Source of the DNA: Mycobacterium tuberculosis H37Rv
Lineage (GTDB): Bacteria > Actinomycetota > Actinomycetes > Mycobacteriales > Mycobacteriaceae
DNA length: 32,000 bases
Direction: 5' to 3'
NCBI RefSeq assembly: GCF_000195955.2
Contig: NC_000962.3
Location: 780,001 to 812,000, forward strand
Positions 22,436-32,000 of the stretch are shown piece by piece (within the stretch, counting starts at the first letter, position 1; each line of letters begins with the position of its first letter). The translations under genes and the position numbers were made by a program. Under the pieces are notes generated by a model. It searched no databases and had not been told where the DNA came from. It saw only the letters and a program-made list of their open reading frames with translations.

Positions 22436-22506
22436 CCCGGCGACGATGCAGAGCGAAGCGATGAGGAGGAGCAGGGCAATGCGGCCTAGCCCGGCGACGA
22501 GAGCGT
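22431..22506 (+). repeat. Second MIRU-like repeat with a partial tandem copy, between rplW and rplB
   Basis: Core ccggcgacgatgcagagcgaagcgatgaggag at 22437-22468; cctagcccggcgacga at 22431 and again at 22485 (54-nt spacing). Confidence 0.82.
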
Positions 22507-22527
22507 GAGAGAAAGACCTGATTAGAC

Positions 22528-23370
22528 ATGGCAATTCGCAAGTACAAGCCCACGACGCCTGGTCGTCGCGGCGCCAGCGTATCTGATTTCGCCGAGATCA
22601 CCCGGTCAACCCCGGAGAAGTCGCTGGTGCGCCCGCTGCACGGTCGCGGTGGACGCAACGCGCATGGCCGGATTACCACCCGGCACAAAGGCGGCGGTCA
22701 TAAGCGCGCTTACCGGATGATCGACTTTCGCCGCAATGACAAAGATGGTGTCAACGCCAAGGTCGCGCACATCGAGTACGACCCGAACCGTACCGCACGG
22801 ATTGCGTTGCTCCACTATCTCGATGGGGAGAAGCGCTACATCATTGCACCCAACGGACTTTCGCAAGGGGATGTGGTGGAATCCGGCGCTAACGCCGACA
22901 TCAAGCCGGGCAACAACCTGCCATTGCGCAACATCCCGGCCGGTACCTTGATCCACGCCGTGGAGCTCCGCCCGGGAGGTGGCGCTAAGCTTGCGCGCTC
23001 GGCCGGGTCGAGCATCCAGCTGCTCGGCAAGGAGGCCAGCTACGCGTCGCTGCGTATGCCCAGCGGTGAGATCCGCCGGGTCGACGTCCGCTGCCGCGCG
23101 ACCGTCGGCGAAGTGGGCAATGCCGAGCAGGCAAACATCAACTGGGGCAAGGCCGGTCGGATGCGGTGGAAGGGCAAGCGCCCGTCGGTCCGGGGCGTGG
23201 TGATGAACCCGGTCGACCACCCGCACGGCGGTGGTGAGGGTAAGACCTCCGGCGGCCGTCACCCGGTTAGCCCGTGGGGCAAGCCTGAGGGGCGTACCCG
23301 CAATGCGAACAAGTCGAGCAACAAGTTCATCGTCCGACGCCGGCGCACCGGCAAGAAGCACTCGCGTTAG
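22528..23370 (+). CDS. rplB: 50S ribosomal protein L2
   Basis: 280 aa; [21 protein letters not shown]...[16 protein letters not shown]-type block, [31 protein letters not shown]. Confidence 0.99.
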
Positions 23371-23410
23371 CCGCGCAATCAGATCTAGGGAGTTTCAGGA
23401 GTAGCCAACC

Positions 23411-23688
23411 ATGCCACGCAGCCTGAAGAAGGGCCCGTTCGTCGACGAGCATCTGCTCAAGAAGGTCGATGTCCAGAACGAGAAGAACACCAAGCAGGTC
23501 ATCAAGACCTGGTCGCGTCGGTCGACCATCATTCCGGACTTCATCGGCCATACCTTTGCGGTGCACGACGGCCGCAAGCACGTCCCCGTGTTCGTCACCG
23601 AATCGATGGTGGGCCACAAACTTGGTGAGTTCGCGCCGACACGCACCTTCAAGGGCCACATTAAAGACGACCGAAAGAGCAAGCGGCG

Positions 23689-23692
<4 letters not shown>
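23411..23692 (+). CDS. rpsS: 30S ribosomal protein S19
   Basis: 93 aa [19 protein letters not shown]...; canonical S19. Confidence 0.99.
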
Positions 23693-25106
<1,414 letters not shown>

Positions 25107-25109
25107 ATC

Positions 25110-25526
25110 ATGTTGATTCCCCGTAAGGTTAAACATCGCAAGCAGCACCATCCTCGCCAGCGCGGCATCGCCAGCGGCGGCACCACGGTGAACTTCGGCG
25201 ACTACGGCATTCAGGCCCTTGAGCACGCCTATGTCACCAACCGGCAGATCGAATCGGCGCGTATCGCCATCAACCGGCACATCAAGCGTGGCGGCAAGGT
25301 TTGGATCAACATCTTCCCTGACCGCCCGCTGACCAAGAAGCCCGCCGAAACCCGCATGGGTTCGGGCAAGGGCTCGCCGGAGTGGTGGGTAGCCAACGTT
25401 AAGCCGGGCCGGGTGCTGTTCGAGCTCAGTTACCCCAATGAAGGTGTCGCCCGGGCCGCGCTCACCCGAGCGATCCACAAGCTGCCGATCAAGGCACGCA
25501 TTATTACTCGAGAGGAGCAGTTCTGA
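25110..25526 (+). CDS. rplP: 50S ribosomal protein L16
   Basis: 138 aa; [37 protein letters not shown]... Confidence 0.99.
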
Positions 25527-25759
25527 TGGCAGTGGGTGTCTCGCCGGGCGAACTGCGTGAGCTCACCGACGAGGAGCTGGCCGAGCGGTTGCGCGAGTCC
25601 AAGGAAGAGTTGTTCAACTTGCGTTTCCAGATGGCGACCGGCCAGCTCAACAATAACCGCCGGCTCCGTACGGTGCGTCAGGAAATCGCGCGCATCTACA
25701 CCGTGCTGCGCGAACGAGAACTGGGTCTGGCGACTGGGCCCGATGGTAAGGAATCGTGA
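25526..25759 (+). CDS. rpmC: 50S ribosomal protein L29
   Basis: 77 aa; [57 protein letters not shown]. Confidence 0.97.
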
Positions 25760-26166
25760 TGGCAGAGGCTAAGACCGGCGCGAAGGCGGCGCCTAGGGTG
25801 GCTAAGGCCGCCAAGGCGGCCCCCAAGAAGGCCGCACCCAACGACGCTGAGGCCATAGGTGCGGCCAACGCGGCAAACGTTAAGGGGCCCAAGCACACTC
25901 CGCGTACTCCGAAGCCACGCGGCCGCCGCAAGACACGAATCGGCTATGTGGTGAGCGACAAAATGCAGAAGACCATTGTGGTGGAGCTGGAAGACCGCAT
26001 GCGGCACCCGCTATACGGCAAGATCATCCGGACCACTAAGAAGGTCAAGGCACACGACGAAGACAGCGTTGCCGGCATTGGCGACCGTGTCTCGCTGATG
26101 GAGACGCGTCCGCTGTCGGCGACCAAGCGCTGGCGGCTCGTCGAGATCCTCGAGAAGGCTAAGTAA
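25756..26166 (+). CDS. rpsQ: 30S ribosomal protein S17 with Ala/Lys-rich N-terminal extension
   Basis: 136 aa; S17 core [79 protein letters not shown]. Confidence 0.97.
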
Positions 26167-26172
26167 GCCTGA

Positions 26173-26230
26173 CGAGCAGTCGCAAAAGCCCCCGACACGC
26201 GCGGCGTGCGGGGGCTTTTGCGACTGCTCG
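26173..26230 (+). terminator. Strong hairpin terminator after rpsQ
   Basis: cgagcagtcgcaaaagcccccg(a)cacgc / gcg / gcgtgcgggggcttttgcgactgctcg: 27 bp stem with a single bulged base. Confidence 0.9.
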
Positions 26231-26334
26231 CCCAACCAGCGCGGCGTCAGTGCGGAAATCCTCAGCTGATTCCTACCCTGTGCGTGTAGTGTACACAACC
26301 GTTCATTAACTCCACGGGGAAGTGAGGCTGGCTT

Positions 26335-28698
26335 ATGGCACCCGAGGCCACCGAGGCGTTCAACGGCACCATCGAGCTGGATATTCGTGATTCGGAGCCG
26401 GATTGGGGCCCATACGCAGCGCCGGTGGCACCGGAGCACTCACCAAACATCCTGTATCTGGTCTGGGACGACGTCGGCATCGCGACCTGGGACTGCTTTG
26501 GCGGCCTGGTCGAGATGCCCGCGATGACGCGCGTCGCCGAGCGTGGCGTGCGACTGTCGCAATTTCACACCACCGCACTGTGCTCGCCGACCCGGGCGTC
26601 GCTGCTGACCGGTCGCAACGCCACCACCGTAGGCATGGCTACCATCGAAGAGTTCACCGACGGGTTCCCCAACTGCAACGGGCGGATCCCGGCTGACACC
26701 GCGTTGCTCCCAGAGGTGCTGGCCGAACATGGCTACAACACCTACTGTGTGGGCAAGTGGCACCTGACGCCACTCGAAGAATCCAATATGGCGTCGACGA
26801 AGCGGCACTGGCCGACCTCGCGTGGGTTCGAGCGGTTCTACGGATTCCTAGGCGGGGAGACCGACCAGTGGTATCCCGACCTGGTATACGACAACCACCC
26901 AGTGAGTCCTCCCGGCACACCCGAGGGTGGCTACCACCTGTCAAAAGACATCGCCGACAAGACGATCGAGTTCATTCGTGATGCCAAGGTGATCGCGCCC
27001 GACAAGCCGTGGTTCAGCTACGTGTGCCCAGGCGCCGGGCATGCGCCGCACCACGTCTTCAAGGAATGGGCGGACAGATACGCCGGCCGATTCGACATGG
27101 GGTATGAGCGCTATCGCGAGATCGTGCTGGAAAGGCAAAAGGCGCTAGGGATCGTGCCACCCGACACCGAACTGTCGCCCATAAACCCTTATCTGGATGT
27201 GCCGGGGCCAAACGGCGAGACCTGGCCGCTGCAGGACACGGTGCGGCCGTGGGACTCGCTGAGCGATGAAGAAAAGAAGCTGTTTTGCCGGATGGCCGAG
27301 GTGTTCGCCGGCTTTCTGAGCTACACCGACGCCCAGATCGGACGGATCCTGGACTACCTCGAGGAATCCGGCCAGCTGGACAACACCATCATCGTGGTGA
27401 TCTCCGACAACGGCGCCAGCGGCGAGGGCGGACCCAACGGATCGGTCAACGAAGGCAAGTTCTTCAACGGCTACATCGACACCGTCGCTGAAAGCATGAA
27501 GCTCTTCGACCACCTCGGTGGCCCGCAGACCTACAACCACTACCCCATCGGGTGGGCAATGGCCTTCAACACCCCCTACAAGCTGTTCAAGCGCTACGCC
27601 TCGCATGAAGGCGGCATTGCCGACCCGGCAATCATCTCCTGGCCCAACGGCATTGCCGCACACGGTGAAATCCGCGACAACTACGTCAATGTCAGCGACA
27701 TCACGCCCACCGTCTACGACCTGTTGGGCATGACACCGCCGGGGACCGTCAAGGGGATTCCGCAGAAACCGATGGACGGCGTGAGCTTCATAGCGGCCCT
27801 TGCCGACCCGGCCGCCGACACCGGCAAGACCACCCAGTTCTACACCATGCTGGGCACCCGCGGGATCTGGCATGAAGGTTGGTTCGCCAACACCATTCAC
27901 GCGGCCACGCCCGCCGGCTGGTCGAATTTCAACGCTGACCGCTGGGAACTGTTCCACATCGCAGCAGACCGCAGCCAGTGCCACGACCTGGCCGCCGAGC
28001 ATCCCGACAAACTTGAGGAGCTCAAGGCGCTGTGGTTCTCCGAAGCCGCCAAGTACAACGGGCTGCCGCTGGCCGATCTGAACCTCCTGGAAACGATGAC
28101 TCGGTCGCGGCCTTACCTGGTCAGCGAACGAGCCAGCTACGTCTACTATCCCGACTGCGCTGACGTCGGCATCGGCGCGGCCGTAGAGATTCGCGGGCGC
28201 TCGTTCGCCGTGCTGGCCGATGTGACCATCGATACCACCGGCGCCGAGGGCGTGCTGTTCAAGCACGGCGGCGCCCATGGCGGGCACGTGCTGTTCGTCC
28301 GGGACGGACGCTTGCACTACGTCTACAACTTCCTCGGTGAGCGCCAGCAGCTGGTCAGCTCGTCGGGTCCGGTCCCGTCGGGAAGACATCTACTCGGGGT
28401 TCGTTATTTGCGGACCGGAACCGTGCCCAACAGTCACACGCCGGTGGGCGATCTTGAGCTGTTCTTCGACGAGAACCTGGTCGGCGCCCTGACCAATGTG
28501 CTGACCCACCCTGGAACGTTCGGGTTGGCCGGCGCCGCTATCAGCGTTGGCCGCAACGGCGGTTCGGCTGTGTCCAGCCACTACGAAGCGCCGTTCGCGT
28601 TCACCGGCGGTACCATCACCCAGGTCACCGTCGACGTGTCAGGCCGACCGTTCGAAGATGTGGAATCCGATCTTGCGCTTGCTTTTTCGCGTGACTGA
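26335..28698 (+). CDS. atsA: Type I arylsulfatase
   Basis: 787 aa; NILYLVWDDVGIATWDCFGG, CSPTRASLLTGR formylglycine signature, PWFSYVCPGAGHAPHH, VVISDNGASGEGG. Confidence 0.96.
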   Translation: MAPEATEAFNGTIELDIRDSEPDWGPYAAPVAPEHSPNILYLVWDDVGIATWDCFGGLVEMPAMTRVAERGVRLSQFHTTALCSPTRASLLTGRNATTVGMATIEEFTDGFPNCNGRIPADTALLPEVLAEHGYNTYCVGKWHLTPLEESNMASTKRHWPTSRGFERFYGFLGGETDQWYPDLVYDNHPVSPPGTPEGGYHLSKDIADKTIEFIRDAKVIAPDKPWFSYVCPGAGHAPHHVFKEWADRYAGRFDMGYERYREIVLERQKALGIVPPDTELSPINPYLDVPGPNGETWPLQDTVRPWDSLSDEEKKLFCRMAEVFAGFLSYTDAQIGRILDYLEESGQLDNTIIVVISDNGASGEGGPNGSVNEGKFFNGYIDTVAESMKLFDHLGGPQTYNHYPIGWAMAFNTPYKLFKRYASHEGGIADPAIISWPNGIAAHGEIRDNYVNVSDITPTVYDLLGMTPPGTVKGIPQKPMDGVSFIAALADPAADTGKTTQFYTMLGTRGIWHEGWFANTIHAATPAGWSNFNADRWELFHIAADRSQCHDLAAEHPDKLEELKALWFSEAAKYNGLPLADLNLLETMTRSRPYLVSERASYVYYPDCADVGIGAAVEIRGRSFAVLADVTIDTTGAEGVLFKHGGAHGGHVLFVRDGRLHYVYNFLGERQQLVSSSGPVPSGRHLLGVRYLRTGTVPNSHTPVGDLELFFDENLVGALTNVLTHPGTFGLAGAAISVGRNGGSAVSSHYEAPFAFTGGTITQVTVDVSGRPFEDVESDLALAFSRD

Positions 28699-28745
28699 GC
28701 GGTCTGCTGTGACGCGGGACGGCGTGGTCGGCATACGCTGAAGTC

Positions 28746-29645
28746 GTGCTGACCGAGTTGGTTGACCTGCCCGGCGGATCGTTCCGCATGGGCTCGACGC
28801 GCTTCTACCCCGAAGAAGCGCCGATTCATACCGTGACCGTGCGCGCCTTTGCGGTAGAGCGACACCCGGTGACCAACGCGCAATTTGCCGAATTCGTCTC
28901 CGCGACAGGCTATGTGACGGTTGCAGAACAACCCCTTGACCCCGGGCTCTACCCAGGAGTGGACGCAGCAGACCTGTGTCCCGGTGCGATGGTGTTTTGT
29001 CCGACGGCCGGGCCGGTCGACCTGCGTGACTGGCGGCAATGGTGGGACTGGGTACCTGGCGCCTGCTGGCGCCATCCGTTTGGCCGGGACAGCGATATCG
29101 CCGACCGAGCCGGCCACCCGGTCGTACAGGTGGCCTATCCGGACGCCGTGGCCTACGCACGATGGGCTGGTCGACGCCTACCGACCGAGGCCGAGTGGGA
29201 GTACGCGGCCCGTGGCGGAACCACGGCAACCTATGCGTGGGGCGACCAGGAGAAGCCGGGGGGCATGCTCATGGCGAACACCTGGCAGGGCCGGTTTCCT
29301 TACCGCAACGACGGTGCATTGGGCTGGGTGGGAACCTCCCCGGTGGGCAGGTTTCCGGCCAACGGGTTTGGCTTGCTCGACATGATCGGAAACGTTTGGG
29401 AGTGGACCACCACCGAGTTCTATCCACACCATCGCATCGATCCACCCTCGACGGCCTGCTGCGCACCGGTCAAGCTCGCTACAGCCGCCGACCCGACGAT
29501 CAGCCAGACCCTCAAGGGCGGCTCGCACCTGTGCGCGCCGGAGTACTGCCACCGCTACCGCCCGGCGGCGCGCTCGCCGCAGTCGCAGGACACCGCGACC
29601 ACCCATATCGGGTTCCGGTGCGTGGCCGACCCGGTGTCCGGGTAG
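28746..29645 (+). CDS. Formylglycine-generating enzyme (sulfatase-modifying factor)
   Basis: 299 aa; PGGSFRMGSTRFYPEEAPIHTVTVRAFAVERHPVTNAQFAEF, GRRLPTEAEWEYAARGG, NVWEWTTTEF, GGSHLCAPEYCHRYRPAAR, HIGFRCV. Start is probably GTG/ATG at 28746. Confidence 0.95.
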   Translation: MLTELVDLPGGSFRMGSTRFYPEEAPIHTVTVRAFAVERHPVTNAQFAEFVSATGYVTVAEQPLDPGLYPGVDAADLCPGAMVFCPTAGPVDLRDWRQWWDWVPGACWRHPFGRDSDIADRAGHPVVQVAYPDAVAYARWAGRRLPTEAEWEYAARGGTTATYAWGDQEKPGGMLMANTWQGRFPYRNDGALGWVGTSPVGRFPANGFGLLDMIGNVWEWTTTEFYPHHRIDPPSTACCAPVKLATAADPTISQTLKGGSHLCAPEYCHRYRPAARSPQSQDTATTHIGFRCVADPVSG

Positions 29646-29945
29646 TGCCAACTTCGCATGAGGAACTGCACACCCAGCAGGGCGTCAGTCGGCGCGACGA
29701 GTCACTCCCGGGGGCTACGCATGAATTCGACTACCGGAGCGGGCCTGGCTGGGCGTGGGCGCGCGCAGTTGTACGGCCCCAACGGCGTGTCGCTGTACAA
29801 ACACACGCCCTCGCTGGTCCGGTTGCCCCAAAAAGCCAAGCCCCCCAAACCAGTTGCTCGCCAGCAATGACGCCGGTTGCTACCATCTGACTCCGTGTCG
29901 CTTCCCGGGGCAGGACTGGGGCAGTGGGTTATCCGGTGATGACCG

Positions 29946-30887
29946 ATGGCCGGTAGCGACCCACCAACAGGTGGGCCGGCGTCGCAGGCGGGTTCAGACG
30001 CGGGAGCCTCGCCAGAACACAAACACATGTCGCGGCGAAAGCACCTCGTGCTCGATGTCTGCATCATCCTGGGTGTTCTCATTGCCTACGTCTTTTCGCT
30101 GCTCGGCTACGACTGGTTGGCCCACACACCGGGTCCGCTTCCGCAGCCGGACGTGGGCACGACTGACGACACCGTGGTTTTGATCCGCTTCGAGGAGCTG
30201 CACACTGTGGCAAATCGCCTCGATGTGAAAGTGCTGGTGCTGCCCGACGATTCGATGATCGACCATCGCCTCCAAGTGTTGACTACCGACACCTCGGTGC
30301 GGTTGTATCCGGAGAACGAACTCGGAGATCTGCAGTACCCGGTAGGAAAGCTGCCCGCGCAAGTAGCGACCACGATCGAGGCGCACGGCAACCCGGGCGC
30401 CTGGCCATTCGATACATACACCACCGATACGGTCCAGGCCGATGTGCTCGTCGGCGCTGGCGACAACCGTCAATACGTACCCGCCCGGGTCGAAGTGACC
30501 GGATCGCTGGAAGGCTGGGACATCAGCGCCGTCCGCGTCGGGGAAAGCAGCCAAACCTCTGATCGCCCGGACAATGTCATCATCACCCTGAAGAGGGCCA
30601 AGGGTCCGCTGGTTTTCGACCTGGGCATCTGCCTGGTGCTGATCACATTGCCGACGTTGGCCTTGTTCGTGGCCATCCAGATGATTACCGGCCGCAGAAA
30701 ATTCCAACCACCGTTCGGCACTTGGTACGCCGCGATGTTGTTCGCTGTCGTGCCGCTGCGCACTATTCTCCCGGGCTCGCCGCCGGCGGGTGCGTGGATT
30801 GACCGGGCCGTTGTGATCTGGGTGCTCATAGCGCTGGCGGCGGCGATGGTGGTGTACATCGTCGCCTGGTACCGAGAATCGGACTAA
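29946..30887 (+). CDS. Membrane protein with DUF4436-like architecture
   Basis: 313 aa; N-terminal TM (LVLDVCIILGVLIAYVFSLLGY), large extracytoplasmic domain, three C-terminal TM segments. The true start may be an internal codon (MSRRKHLVLD). Confidence 0.8.
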   Translation: MAGSDPPTGGPASQAGSDAGASPEHKHMSRRKHLVLDVCIILGVLIAYVFSLLGYDWLAHTPGPLPQPDVGTTDDTVVLIRFEELHTVANRLDVKVLVLPDDSMIDHRLQVLTTDTSVRLYPENELGDLQYPVGKLPAQVATTIEAHGNPGAWPFDTYTTDTVQADVLVGAGDNRQYVPARVEVTGSLEGWDISAVRVGESSQTSDRPDNVIITLKRAKGPLVFDLGICLVLITLPTLALFVAIQMITGRRKFQPPFGTWYAAMLFAVVPLRTILPGSPPAGAWIDRAVVIWVLIALAAAMVVYIVAWYRESD

Positions 30888-31372
30888 GGCGGGCGTCAGA
30901 TGGCTTCTGTCGACGCGTCCGGAGGGTTTCCGCTGGATTTCATAAACAGGCGCTAGCGCGGTGTCCAACGATACGATTGGGGCCCATGCGGCCCGACGAG
31001 ATCGGCTCGCTGCGGGCCGGCCTGGCGGCTGTTGCGCGGTGAACTCAAAACGCGTTGACGCCGGATCAGCTATCCGATGATTCAGGCGGAGATCTCGACG
31101 ATCGTGGGCGCTACCGCCAATCCGGTATCCGGGTAGATCATGATCGACATGGGTTGATCTGCCCTGGTGGGGCGGACTCACATTAGCGAAATTTTGCGCT
31201 GAGTAGGTCGTCCCCTAAACTTCAGGGGTTGCCGTGAGCAGACCTCGGCCGGCGCGCATAAGCTTTGCTTGGTCGGCCCCGCGTGCCCGTCGGCGACAAA
31301 GACCGCGCACGTCAGGGATGGTCCTGGCTGGCTCCTCCTACCGTGCACACGTCAACCAGGTCAGGAGATCTA

Positions 31373-31741
31373 GTGATTCAGCAGGAATCGCGGCTGAAGG
31401 TCGCCGACAACACCGGCGCCAAGGAGATCTTGTGCATCCGGGTGCTGGGCGGTTCGTCGCGACGCTACGCCGGCATCGGTGACGTCATCGTCGCCACCGT
31501 GAAGGACGCCATTCCGGGCGGCAACGTTAAGCGGGGGGATGTCGTCAAGGCCGTCGTGGTGCGCACAGTCAAGGAACGCCGACGTCCCGACGGCAGCTAC
31601 ATCAAGTTCGACGAGAACGCCGCGGTGATCATCAAGCCCGACAACGACCCGCGCGGCACCCGCATTTTTGGACCGGTCGGTCGCGAGCTGCGGGAGAAGC
31701 GGTTTATGAAGATCATTTCGCTGGCCCCGGAGGTGTTGTAG
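31373..31741 (+). CDS. rplN: 50S ribosomal protein L14
   Basis: 122 aa from GTG at 31373: [49 protein letters not shown]. Confidence 0.98.
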
Positions 31742-32000
31742 ATGAAGGTCCACAAAGGCGACACCGTGCTGGTGATTTCGGGCAAAGATAAAGGGGCCAA
31801 GGGCAAAGTCTTGCAGGCGTATCCGGACCGCAACCGGGTATTGGTCGAGGGTGTCAACCGGATCAAGAAGCACACCGCGATCTCGACCACCCAGCGGGGC
31901 GCGCGTTCGGGTGGGATCGTCACCCAGGAAGCGCCGATCCATGTCTCCAACGTGATGGTGGTTGACTCCGACGGCAAGCCCACCCGAATCGGCTATCGGG
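31742..32000 (+). CDS. rplX: 50S ribosomal protein L24, truncated by window end
   Basis: [75 protein letters not shown]; begins immediately after the rplN stop. Confidence 0.97.
   Translation, partial: MKVHKGDTVLVISGKDKGAKGKVLQAYPDRNRVLVEGVNRIKKHTAISTTQRGARSGGIVTQEAPIHVSNVMVVDSDGKPTRIGYR

Noticed and set aside
27145-28389. 414 aa minus-strand ORF
   Set aside because: Antisense of atsA; codon-bias artefact.
29646-29945. 126 aa minus-strand ORF (29702..30082) in the gap after the FGE gene
   Set aside because: No domain signature and overlaps the start of the membrane-protein gene; considered noncoding spacer.

Overview
The window is ordinary high-GC actinobacterial chromosome. From protein content and gene order it is almost certainly Mycobacterium tuberculosis complex, approximately the Rv0680c-Rv0715 interval. 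That assignment is from recalled gene order and was not searched. It contains (1) the str operon rpsL-rpsG-fusA-tuf. (2) It contains a complete mycofactocin (mft) locus: a divergent TetR regulator mftR, the tiny precursor gene mftA (29 aa ending IDGMCGVY), mftB, radical-SAM mftC, flavin dehydrogenase mftD, creatininase-like mftE, glycosyltransferase mftF and GMC oxidoreductase mftG. A mycofactocin-type SDR and a ferredoxin/rubredoxin-type reductase lie upstream. (3) It contains the S10 ribosomal operon rpsJ-rplC-rplD-rplW-rplB-rpsS-rplV-rpsC-rplP-rpmC-rpsQ. (4) An arylsulfatase, a formylglycine-generating enzyme and a membrane protein separate rpsQ from rplN-rplX. The special system here is mycofactocin, which is already known. 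Less obvious signals are: a ~1.5 kb graveyard between mftG and rpsJ, which on the minus strand reads as decayed MerR regulator, thioredoxin-like protein and alkylmercury-lyase-like genes next to an ISL3-type transposase remnant; MIRU-like repeats at the mftE/mftF and rplW/rplB junctions; three copies of the fusA 3' terminus in the fusA-tuf spacer; a frameshifted VOC-domain pseudogene; and two long, nearly perfect terminator hairpins.
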